A program made the position numbers and the translations under genes. Of a DNA stretch of 64,000 bases, positions 36,268 to 45,077 are shown piece after piece. The stretch lies in NCBI GenBank assembly GCA_963785305.1, contig CAWAUV010000004.1, positions 448,001-512,000 on the forward strand, written 5' to 3'. The first letter of the stretch is position 1. Each line of letters starts with the position of its first letter. A model generated the notes under the pieces. It searched no databases. It worked only from the letters and a program-made list of their open reading frames with translations, and was not told the DNA's origin. The DNA is from an uncultured Planctomycetaceae bacterium (lineage in GTDB: Bacteria; Planctomycetota; Planctomycetia; Pirellulales; PALSA-1355).

Positions 36268-36319
36268 TGGACCAGTGAAATGCAGCTAGCGTGCTAGCGC
36301 ATTCATATTGGACGACGAT

Positions 36320-36335
36320 CGTTTCACGTGAAACG
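36320..36335. promoter_or_regulatory. parS centromere site 2
   Basis: Identical palindrome CGTTTCACGTGAAACG, 68 bp downstream of site 1. Confidence 0.9.
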
Positions 36336-36481
36336 AGCAAGGTGGCCCTTGCAACGACCCGCGCGATCGTCGCGCGCTTGATCGCTTTCCCGGCTGGCTC
36401 GAAATTGCCATTCCTGCCGCTCGCGCCTCGCGGCTACAATCCGGCCCGATTTTTTGTCCCTGGCGATCGGGCATTTCGGAC

Positions 36482-37219
36482 ATGGGCCGAATTTTGTGCG
36501 TGGCGAATCAGAAGGGCGGGGTCGGCAAGACCACGACGGCGGTCAACTGCGCCGTGGGACTTGCCAAGGCCGGCGCTCGCACCTTGCTCGTGGACCTCGA
36601 TCCACAGTGCAACGCCACCAGCGGCCTTGGCCAGCGGCCGACCAACTCACATCCGCTCGTTTCCCGGCAGCCGCTCGCTGAGTCGCTTTGCTCGCTGGCC
36701 ACGCCGGGACTCGAACTGTTGCCCGGCAGCCGCAGCTTCAAGGATGTCGAGGTCCTGGCCGGCGGGGCTCAATCGGCCACGCTAAGTCAACACTTGGCGA
36801 GCGGACTCTCGGCCTATGACTTCGTGCTGATCGACTGTCCGCCCTCGCTCGGCCCGCTCACGCAAACGGTGCTCGCCAGCGCGACCGAGGTGCTGATGCC
36901 GATCCAGTGCGAATACTTCGCCATGGAGGGGCTCACGCAAATGATCGAGGTGATTCGCGAGGTGATGGAGCGGCCCGACGCGCGGCTCCAGTTCGGCGGA
37001 ATCCTGCTCACGATGCACGACCCGCTCCTGGAGCTCACGCGCGAAGTCGAGCGCGAGGTGCGGGACTTCTTCGGCGAGATCGTATTCAAAACCGTGGCCC
37101 CGCGCGATGTGAATGTTTCCGAAGCGCCGAGCCATGGGCTATCGGTGCTCGACTATGCGCCGCGTTCGCGCGGAGCGCGGGCTTACATGGAACTTTGCAT
37201 GGAAGTATTAGAACGATAA
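36482..37219 (+). CDS. parA: Chromosome partitioning ATPase ParA/Soj
   Basis: NQKGGVGKTT, DLDPQCNAT, IDCPPSLG, PIQCEYFAMEG, EAPSHG. Confidence 0.95.
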   Translation: MGRILCVANQKGGVGKTTTAVNCAVGLAKAGARTLLVDLDPQCNATSGLGQRPTNSHPLVSRQPLAESLCSLATPGLELLPGSRSFKDVEVLAGGAQSATLSQHLASGLSAYDFVLIDCPPSLGPLTQTVLASATEVLMPIQCEYFAMEGLTQMIEVIREVMERPDARLQFGGILLTMHDPLLELTREVEREVRDFFGEIVFKTVAPRDVNVSEAPSHGLSVLDYAPRSRGARAYMELCMEVLER

Positions 37220-37308
37220 AGGGACCAGGCCGGTTTTTTTTGCATGATGCAAGCCCGGACCGAGGCGATCCCCGATCTTCTCGATTTGGAACCAAGGAGG
37301 TTTGAGCG

Positions 37309-38339
37309 ATGACCAATCAACCACGGCGCCTGGGCCGCGGACTCGAAGCGCTTTTGAGCCGACCCATGACCGCGCCCGATTCCGAGGCCAAGCCGGCGCC
37401 GGCCCGGCCGGAGCTGCGTGTGGCCGAAGTCGCCGAGAGCGGCGAACCGGTGGGGCTTCAAACCGCGCCCTCGGCCGACGCGCCCACGCAGGTGCCGGTC
37501 GCGCTGATCGACGCCAACCCGTTTCAGCCCCGGCAGGATTTCGACGAAGCCGCGATCGACGAGCTCGCCGAAAGCCTGCGCGAACACGGCCTCTTGCAGC
37601 CGCTGGTCGTGCGGCGATTGGGCGAGCGGTATCAACTCGTGGCCGGCGAGCGCCGCCTCCGGGCCGCGATCAAAGCCGGCTGGACCGAGGCGCCGGTGCA
37701 TCTGCGCGAGGCCGACGACCGGCAGATGGCCGAGTTGGCGATCGTCGAAAATCTTCAGCGCCGCGATCTGAACCCGCTGGAAAAGGCGGCGTCTTTCCAA
37801 CAGTATCTCGATCGCTACCGGGTCACTCAGGCCGAGCTGGCCGCGCGACTGAAAGTCGACCGCTCGACGATCGCCAATCTCGTGCGGTTGCTCGAGCTGC
37901 CCGACGCCGTCCAGAAAGCGGTGCGCTGGGCGCCATTACGCAGGGCCACGCGCGGGCGCTTTTGCCGCTCGGCGATGAGAGAGATCAACTGGCGATGTGC
38001 GAGCGAATCGAGCGGGAACAGTTGAGCGTGCGTTCGGTGGAGCTACTGGTGCAGGATAGGATCCACCGCGGCGACGATGAGCCGCTTGGCGCCGGGGCGC
38101 CGAGCGCGGGCAGCACGAACACCGCGGCGACGGCGCCTTCGCCCAAACCACGCAAGGCCCCGCGACGCTCGGAGCAAATCGCACTGCTTGAGCGGGAATT
38201 TAGGGAAGCGCTCGGCACGCGAGTTTCGATCCGGCAGACGACTGAGGGACGCGGCAAGATCGCAATCGTGTTTGGAAGCAGCGAAGAGTTCGAGCGGCTA
38301 CGCGACTTGATTTGCGGCCCGGAAGTCGATGTGCTGTAA
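37309..38339 (+). CDS. parB: Chromosome partitioning protein ParB/Spo0J
   Basis: LGRGLEAL, NPFQPR, GLLQP, AGERRLRA, ENLQRRDLNPLE, HTH, GHARALL. One base missing at ~37925. Confidence 0.93.
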
Positions 38340-38435
38340 AAGCGCCGACCGGCCGCCGCATGGCGCTGAAGCCAACCACCTCGAGGGAACTGGCTTCGGG
38401 GGATCGATCCTGTTACGATGAGGGAGTACGGTGCA

Positions 38436-38510
38436 CGGGGTGTAGCGCAGTCTGGCTAGCGCATTTGCTTTGGGAGCAGAGGGTCGGAGGTTCGAATCCT
38501 CTCACCCCGA
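38436..38510 (+). tRNA. tRNA-Pro(TGG)
   Basis: Acceptor stem CGGGGTG/CACCCCG, anticodon loop TT-TGG-GA, T-loop TTCGAAT; CCA not encoded. Confidence 0.95.
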
Positions 38511-38520
38511 TTTTTATCGA

Positions 38521-38562
38521 GAGCAGGCCCTTCGGCGAGAACGTCGATGGGCTTGCTTTCTT
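38521..38562 (+). terminator. Probable terminator hairpin after tRNA-Pro
   Basis: AGCAGGCCC...GGGCTTGCT stem followed by TTCTT. Confidence 0.5.
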
Positions 38563-39025
38563 GGAACTTTGAATTCGGGCTCTCATGCCGAATGAGCGTC
38601 CGAGGGTCGCGCGAGCGCGGTTTCGGGCGCCAGGCGGTCGGCCGCCAAGTACTCGGCCTCCGTCAGCAGCCTCCGCGGCGCCTTTTACAGAACCTGCCGA
38701 TTTCAGCAGGTGGCAATTCAAGTCGGCGCTCATTAAACTTTGGCAAGGGAACTTGCGGTGTTCGGATTCGTCCGATAATGTCGAATAAGTGATGGCGCCG
38801 GGAACCGACGATTCGGATTCTCGAAGCTATCCTGCCCGCCACCGCTCGCGAATCAACCGGCGCCGTGGGGGCCATGCGAGCCTCTCGGACCTCCGCGGCA
38901 TGCCGCGAATTTTCGTTGGTCGCGGAGCCTTGTGTCGAAATCTCGGGTTGCACTCGGTTCGATTGCTTCAATTTTGCCCTGCGTTCGACCGTTTGTTCCG
39001 CAACGCCCCTTGGGAGCCGTTCGAC

Positions 39026-40093
39026 ATGGTTGGATTCTCCTTTCGTTGGCGCCTATTGTTCGCCAGCGTCGCCTGCGTGGTGGCTTGCTCGACGAAGCCG
39101 ACCTGGTCGCAAGAAGTCAGTTCGAATTCGATCGGCATGAAGCTCGTGCGGATTCCGGCCGGCGAATTCATGATGGGCGCCGAGGAAGATCGCAGCCACA
39201 CGCTCTCCGACTTCCCGTATTGCGACCCGAAATGGCTCGACGGCGAAGCGCCGCGCCATCCGGTGCGAATCACGAAGTCATTTCTCATGGGGCAATATGA
39301 GGTGACCCTCGGGCAGTTTCTCACCTTTTATCACGACGTTCACTACAAAACCGACATCGAACGCGATCCGAATCCGAGTTGGGGCTACGATCCATCCGGG
39401 AAGAAGCTCGTCGAATCGATGAACTTCCGCCCTTGGGCGCCCGGCTGGAAGATCGAAATGGATCACCCGGTGATTTACGTGTCTTGGAACGATGCGATGG
39501 CGTTTTGTGAGTGGTTGAGCAAAAAGGAGGGTAAGTCGTATCGGCTGCCCACCGAGGCCGAATGGGAATACGCCGCCCGGGCCGGATCGAATCATCGCTT
39601 TTTCTTTGGCAACGATCCGGAAATGCTCGTGCAATTCGCCAACGTGGCCGACGCCGACCGCAAACAGATATCGGGCAAAGCCACGCTCGCGGCATTCGAC
39701 GACACCGGCGCCAAGACGGAAGAGAAGCTGCCCTTTCCCTTTCTCCCTCGGCACGACGGCTATGCTTGGACGGCGCCGGTCGGAAAATATCAGCCCAATG
39801 CTTTTGGTCTCCACGATATGCTCGGTAATGCCTGGGAATGGTGCGCCGACTGGTATGACACCCAGTATTACGAGCGATCGCCGATCGACGATCCGCAAGG
39901 CCCCTCGTCTGGCACGGTGCGAGTCATTCGGGGCGGCGGATTTTACTGCTCGGCGGTCGACTTGCGTTGCGCCCTCCGGGTAAACGATGGCCCGTCGCGC
40001 CGGTATTTCTACGCCGGCTTTCGCGTGGTGTGTGAAGAAGATCAGCCACAACAGCCACGGCTTTCGGCCGGCCGCGGCGCGAAGCGGCAGTGA
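39026..40093 (+). CDS. Formylglycine-generating enzyme (SUMF1/FGE-sulfatase) family secreted protein
   Basis: Signal peptide, NSIGMKLVRIPAGEFMMG, EVT, HPVIYVSWNDA, RLPTEAEWEYAARAG, PNAFGLHDMLGNAWEW, GFRVV. Confidence 0.9.
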   Translation: MVGFSFRWRLLFASVACVVACSTKPTWSQEVSSNSIGMKLVRIPAGEFMMGAEEDRSHTLSDFPYCDPKWLDGEAPRHPVRITKSFLMGQYEVTLGQFLTFYHDVHYKTDIERDPNPSWGYDPSGKKLVESMNFRPWAPGWKIEMDHPVIYVSWNDAMAFCEWLSKKEGKSYRLPTEAEWEYAARAGSNHRFFFGNDPEMLVQFANVADADRKQISGKATLAAFDDTGAKTEEKLPFPFLPRHDGYAWTAPVGKYQPNAFGLHDMLGNAWEWCADWYDTQYYERSPIDDPQGPSSGTVRVIRGGGFYCSAVDLRCALRVNDGPSRRYFYAGFRVVCEEDQPQQPRLSAGRGAKRQ

Positions 40094-40367
40094 TCGCCGC
40101 GAAACGCCGGTGTCCCTCGGCCGCGGCAATTGTCCGATCAGGCCGCTGGCTCGCGAAAAAACTCTTCGAGGCTAGGCTAAAGCCGGGCAGCCGTTCGCCA
40201 CCGTCGAGCGTTTGCGCGGCGGCGAGCTCGACGCTCGGACCTGGACCAGAGTTGATGCGCGCTATCTTTGCATCGGGATACACATTCCAAACCGCCCGCG
40301 CCCCGGTCGCGAAATTGTCTTCCGCAAGAACCGCGCGGGCGCGGCTGCGCCGCGGGAGGAAGAAAAG

Positions 40368-40438
40368 CTACCCGGCTAGGACTCGAACCTAGAATGAGAG
40401 AGCCAAAATCTCTAGTGTTACCATTACACCACCGGGTA
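40368..40438 (-). tRNA. tRNA-Gln(TTG)
   Basis: Acceptor stem TACCCGG/CCGGGTA, anticodon arm AGAGA-TTTTGGC-TCTCT, T-loop TTCGAGT; CCA not encoded. Confidence 0.93.
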
Positions 40439-40597
40439 GTGGCTTTTTCCGCTTGCTCTTGCGGCGACCGTTCGGTCGCGGCGCCGCCGGCCGCTCTATT
40501 TTAGAGTCGGCCCGAGAACTAAAGGAGTCGGCGGAGGCGATTTTGGTTCGCCGCCGCGCGGATTCTCCGTGGACGCGCGATTTCTCCAGGCCGCAAT

Positions 40598-41269
40598 TTA
40601 GTCCGATTGGCGGCGATGCACAACCGCGAAGCTCAATTGTTCGAGCTCCATCGCCAGATCGACCCCCACCTGGCTCACGCCGGGCGGCAGGTTGAGCGTC
40701 ACCGGCGCGAAGTTCAATATCCCATTCACGCCGGCGGCCACCAGGGTGTCGGCCACCTGCTGGGCCACGCCGGCCGGCGCCGCGATGAGGCCCAACTTGA
40801 TGCCTTGCTCCCGAACCGCCTCCGCCAGCGCGTCGAGCGAGCGAATCTCCACGCCATGCACGATGGCCCCGATCTTTTCGGGGTCGTTGTCGAAAGCCGC
40901 CACGATCCGGTAACCCTGTCGGCCAAACCCGCGGTAGCCCAACAGGGCTTGGCCCAGGTTGCCTGCGCCGACGATCGCCACCGGCCAGTCGCGATCGGCC
41001 CCCAGGATTGCACGGATCGCGAGGATCAGGTCATCGCAGCGGTAGCCCACGCCCGGATGCCCGAAATGTCCGAAATAGGCGAGGTCCTTGCGAACTTGGG
41101 AATCGTTGAGCCCTAGAAACCCGCCAAGTTGACCAGAATTGGTGGTCTCCGTGCCCTCGCGGACCAGCCGCTGGAGCTCGCGCAAGTAGAGGCTCAGCCG
41201 GCTCACGACCGCTTTCGGCGGAACGGCTTCCGTTTGACCGTTGGCCGGCTTTGGTTTTGGCGCTGTCAT
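40598..41269 (-). CDS. rex: Redox-sensing transcriptional repressor Rex
   Basis: RLSLYLR, SQVRKDLAYFG.FG..GVGY, VGAGNLG.AL, GILNFAP. Confidence 0.93.
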   Translation of the reverse strand: MTAPKPKPANGQTEAVPPKAVVSRLSLYLRELQRLVREGTETTNSGQLGGFLGLNDSQVRKDLAYFGHFGHPGVGYRCDDLILAIRAILGADRDWPVAIVGAGNLGQALLGYRGFGRQGYRIVAAFDNDPEKIGAIVHGVEIRSLDALAEAVREQGIKLGLIAAPAGVAQQVADTLVAAGVNGILNFAPVTLNLPPGVSQVGVDLAMELEQLSFAVVHRRQSD

Positions 41270-41780
41270 GAGGGGTCGGTAGGTGTCGAAATTGGGCGCC
41301 GCGGAATCGAAGGGCGTTTCGTCCCACTCTAAGGCATGCCCCGCCGGCCGGGCAAGGGCCGAAATTCCGCGAAAGCCAGCCTCGCTCGGCATGCGCGCCT
41401 TCCATCGCGGGGCGATCGATCGGCACAACCCGCAGGATCGGCGCCGTGTGTCTCGCGGAACCGAATCGCGACTATAGGACCCAACGGAATCCCAGGACTT
41501 GTTGGTGAAAAGCCACCTAGTTCTCCCGCCGCTTGTATTCCGATCAATTCTTTCATTTCAGCCGAATTACCCATTTGTTCGATGGAATCATGGATGAAAC
41601 AGAAAACACAAGACGCCTGCGAAGCATGCGTGGCATGTAGTGGATCGCGTTAATGCGATACATGGGATGTCTGGCTAATGTGCGTAGTCCAGACAACCGA
41701 ATAACCGTAAAGGCGAGTTCGCGCTCGCTCGACTGACCGGATTCCCCAATTCAGAAGCCGTTGACGAAGGAGGCAAGACC

Positions 41781-44114
41781 ATGAGTAATCGTTGGGCAGT
41801 GCCGCTGCTCGCCCTAGTGCTCGCAGCCATGTCGGTCGACATGGCCAGCGCTCGCTATTGTGGCGTGGCCCGGTACCGCTGCTGCGCCACTTGTTGCGAC
41901 ACGCCGGCATACGCCTGCTGCAAGCAACAGTGCTACACCGTGATGAAGACGTGTCAGGAGACCGTCTACGAGAAGCAGAACTATACCTGCTACAAGACGT
42001 GCTACGAGAAAGTCTGCGAGCCCAAGACGATCGACTGCTTGAGCTACGTCAAAGAGACCTGCTATCGCAACTGCGAATACACCGTCTGCAAGCCGGTGTA
42101 TGAGACCAAGACTCGCGATATCTGCTACACCGTCTGCAAGCCGGTGTATGAGACCAAGACTCGCGATATCTGCTATACCGTGTGCAAACCGGTCTACGAA
42201 ACCAAGACCCGGGATATTTGCTACACGGTCTGCAAGCCGGTCTACGAGACGCACAACCGGGACATCTGCTACACGGTCTGCAAGCCGGTGTGGGAGACCA
42301 AGACTCGGGACATTTGCTACACGGTGTGCAAGCCGGTCTATGAGACCAAGACGCGTCAAATCTGCTACACGGTGTGCAAGCCGGTGTGGGAGACCAAGAC
42401 GCGCGATATTTGCTACACGGTCTGCAAGCCGGTCTACGAGACGCACAACCGGGACATCTGCTACACGGTCTGCAAGCCGGTGTGGGAGACCAAGACTCGG
42501 GACATTTGCTACACGGTGTGCAAGCCGGTCTACGAGACCAAGACCCGCGAAATCTGCTACACGGTGTGCAAGCCGGTGTGGGAGACCAAGACTCGCGACA
42601 TTTGCTACACGGTGTGCAAGCCGGTCTATGAGACCAAGACTCGGGATATCTGCTACACGGTCTGCAAGCCGGTGTACGAGACCAAGACCCGGGATATTTG
42701 CTACACGGTGTGCAAGCCGGTCTACGAGACCAAGACTCGCCAAATCTGCTACACGGTGTGCAAGCCGGTGTATGAGACCAAGACGCGAGACATCTGCTAC
42801 ACGACCTGCAAGCAAGTCCAAGAGACCTGCGAGCGCGAAGTGTGCTACGAGGTCTGCAAGCCGGTTCACTACACCAAGACGGTCCAGGTGTGCTGCGGAC
42901 ATTGGGAAACCCAAGTCTCGGAATGCCCGGGCCCGACCGTTTGCAAGTGCGTTCAAGAACCCGGCTGCTGGAGCTGGGATCCCTGCTGCTGCCGTTGCGT
43001 GTACAAGCCCGGCTGCTGCCACACGGTGCAGGTCCAATGCCCGCCGATCAAGGTGTGCAAGAAGGTCTGGGTCCCGACCGTGCAAGAGAAGACCATCAAC
43101 TGCGTGAAGTATGTGCGGGAATCCTGCGTCAAGAAGGTTCCCTACACGGTGTGCCGCACGGTGTCGGAAAACCATGTCAAGACCTGCTCGTATCAGGTCT
43201 GCCGCATGGTGCCCGAACAACACGTGAAGCAGTGCAACTACACGGTGTGCCACATGGTCGCCGAGCAGCACGTGAAACAGTGCTGCTATAAGGTGTGCCA
43301 CATGGTCTCCGAGCAACACGTGAAGCATTGCAACTACACGGTGTGCCACATAGTCGCCGAGCAGCACGTGAAACAGTGCTGCTACAAGGTGTGCCACATG
43401 GTCTCCGAGCAACACGTGAAGCAGTGCAACTACACGGTGTGCCACATGGTGCCCGAGCAACACGTGAAGCATTGCAGCTACACGGTGTGCCACATGGTGC
43501 CCGAGCAACACGTGAAGCATTGCAGCTACACGGTGTGCCACATGGTGCCCGAGCAGCACGTGAAGCAGTGCTGCTACAAGGTGTGCCACATGGTCGCCGA
43601 GCAACACGTGAAGCAGTGCAACTACACGGTGTGCCACATGGTCGCCGAGCAGCATGTGAAGCAGTGCTGCTACAAGGTGTGCCACATGGTCGCCGAGCAA
43701 CACGTGAAGCATTGCACCTACACCACCTGCCGCATGGTGCCCGAGCAACACGTGAAGCATTGCAACTACACGGTGTGCCACATGGTCGCCGAGCAGCACG
43801 TGAAGCAGTGCTGCTACAAGGTGTGCCACATGGTCTCCGAGCAACACGTGAAGCAGTGCAGCTACCAGGTGTGCCACATGGTCGCCGAGAAGTGCTCGAA
43901 GCAAGTGCCCTACACGGTCTGCAAGCCGGTGCACACGACCAAGACCATCATGGTCGAACGTTGCGTGCCCAAGCAGGTTGCCTACACGGTGACCCGCTGC
44001 GTGCCGAAAGTGGTCTGCAAGCAAGTTCCGGTGCAGGTCTGCTGCCCGGCCCCGGCTTGTGAACCCTCGTGTGCGGCGCCGGCCGCGGCGCCAAGCTGCG
44101 GTTGCGGTGGCTAA
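41781..44114 (+). CDS. Secreted cysteine-rich YTV-repeat protein (planctomycete envelope protein family), 777 aa
   Basis: RBS AAGGAGG, signal peptide ending ASA|R, 16-aa YTVC repeats, strong terminator. YTV repeats are a described Rhodopirellula envelope-protein motif. Confidence 0.85.
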   Translation: MSNRWAVPLLALVLAAMSVDMASARYCGVARYRCCATCCDTPAYACCKQQCYTVMKTCQETVYEKQNYTCYKTCYEKVCEPKTIDCLSYVKETCYRNCEYTVCKPVYETKTRDICYTVCKPVYETKTRDICYTVCKPVYETKTRDICYTVCKPVYETHNRDICYTVCKPVWETKTRDICYTVCKPVYETKTRQICYTVCKPVWETKTRDICYTVCKPVYETHNRDICYTVCKPVWETKTRDICYTVCKPVYETKTREICYTVCKPVWETKTRDICYTVCKPVYETKTRDICYTVCKPVYETKTRDICYTVCKPVYETKTRQICYTVCKPVYETKTRDICYTTCKQVQETCEREVCYEVCKPVHYTKTVQVCCGHWETQVSECPGPTVCKCVQEPGCWSWDPCCCRCVYKPGCCHTVQVQCPPIKVCKKVWVPTVQEKTINCVKYVRESCVKKVPYTVCRTVSENHVKTCSYQVCRMVPEQHVKQCNYTVCHMVAEQHVKQCCYKVCHMVSEQHVKHCNYTVCHIVAEQHVKQCCYKVCHMVSEQHVKQCNYTVCHMVPEQHVKHCSYTVCHMVPEQHVKHCSYTVCHMVPEQHVKQCCYKVCHMVAEQHVKQCNYTVCHMVAEQHVKQCCYKVCHMVAEQHVKHCTYTTCRMVPEQHVKHCNYTVCHMVAEQHVKQCCYKVCHMVSEQHVKQCSYQVCHMVAEKCSKQVPYTVCKPVHTTKTIMVERCVPKQVAYTVTRCVPKVVCKQVPVQVCCPAPACEPSCAAPAAAPSCGCGG
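42078..42797 (+). repeat. 15 x 48-bp coding tandem repeat, type A (YTVCKPV[YW]ETKTRDIC)
   Basis: Counted directly; exactly 720 bp. Confidence 0.95.
43143..43862 (+). repeat. 15 x 48-bp coding tandem repeat, type B (Y[TK]VCHMVxEQHVK[QH]Cx)
   Basis: Counted directly; exactly 720 bp. Confidence 0.95.
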
Positions 44115-44173
44115 GCTCGATATCCGCTAGGTCTTTCTTCTGTCGCCTCGGAAGAAGGTCCGGTCAGTTCGGG

Positions 44174-44213
44174 GGCGGCCCGATCCTTGCAAAAGGGTCG
44201 GGCCGCCTTTTTT
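44174..44213 (+). terminator. Rho-independent terminator after the YTV gene
   Basis: 15-bp stem GGCGGCCCGATCCTT/AAGGGTCGGGCCGCC, GCAA tetraloop, T6 tail. Confidence 0.9.
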
Positions 44214-44417
44214 CATGCGCCCGGCGGCAATCGTTCGCCCGCGCCGATCGCATACCCAACCATGCCGATCGTTCGGGCGCGATTCGCCCGCCGCGATCCC
44301 TTTCCGCGGAAAATGGACGCTCGCGGTCTGAAGCGCCCCGCGCGACATTCCGATACACATGCAAGCGTCGCCACGTCGCGAGGCAAGCGCGATGCAGCGC
44401 GGCGCTTACAAAAAGCG

Positions 44418-44891
44418 ATGAATACCTTCAATCGCCCTCGGCCCTTCGCGGGAGGCTTGCTCGCCATGTTTCACCGAATGTTCCTCCAGGGTTGGATTCC
44501 CCTTGCCGCCGCGCTCTGCGCCTTGGCCTGTGCCGCGAGCTTCGCCACTCCGGCCGGCGCCCACGATCTCACGGGCCGCTGGGATGGAACCTGGTCGAGC
44601 CAAGTGACGCCGCACCATGGCCCGCTGCACGGCAAATTTCGCCGCGTCGACGCCGGCCACTATCGCGTGGTGTTCACGGGGCGCTTCTTCCGCGTCGTGC
44701 CGTTCCGCTATGCGGTGAACTTGAACATCGTGTGCGAGGGGCCGGGCGTGGTGCAATTGGCGGGCAGCTCCAAGTTGCTGGGCTTCGGCGAGTTTCGCTA
44801 TCAGGCCACGGTCCAAGGCGATTCGTTCGTGGCCAACTATCAAGCCAAACGCGACCACGGGCAATTCGTGCTCACGCGCCGCTGCCGCTAA
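44418..44891 (+). CDS. Small secreted beta-rich hypothetical protein
   Basis: Signal peptide (AALCALACAASFATPAGA|H) followed by DLTGRWDGTW...HHGPL...F.GRFF...PF.Y; start codon uncertain. Confidence 0.65.
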   Translation: MNTFNRPRPFAGGLLAMFHRMFLQGWIPLAAALCALACAASFATPAGAHDLTGRWDGTWSSQVTPHHGPLHGKFRRVDAGHYRVVFTGRFFRVVPFRYAVNLNIVCEGPGVVQLAGSSKLLGFGEFRYQATVQGDSFVANYQAKRDHGQFVLTRRCR

Positions 44892-45077
44892 CACACGGCG
44901 GGTCGCGGCGCGAAAACGCGCTCCATTCCCCCCGAGCGATGGCGTTCGCCGTGTTTCGCGCTCTGGGCGGTCGGGGACCCAGGGCGTATAATCCCCAGTT
45001 CGGCCTCGGGACCCGGCATTTGCTCGCGGCGCGAATCCGAACTTTCTTCCCCCAACGGACTTATCCCCCGACACAGC

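Noticed and set aside
41270..41780. Rex operator between rex and the YTV gene
   Set aside because: No convincing TTGTGAA-N4-TTCACAA palindrome.
42078..43862. 48-bp repeats as a CRISPR array
   Set aside because: Contiguous in-frame coding repeats that vary mainly at third positions; no unique spacers and no cas genes.
41814..44024. 736-aa antisense ORF over the YTV gene
   Set aside because: Shadow of repetitive GC3-biased codons; RBS, signal peptide and terminator all support the + strand.
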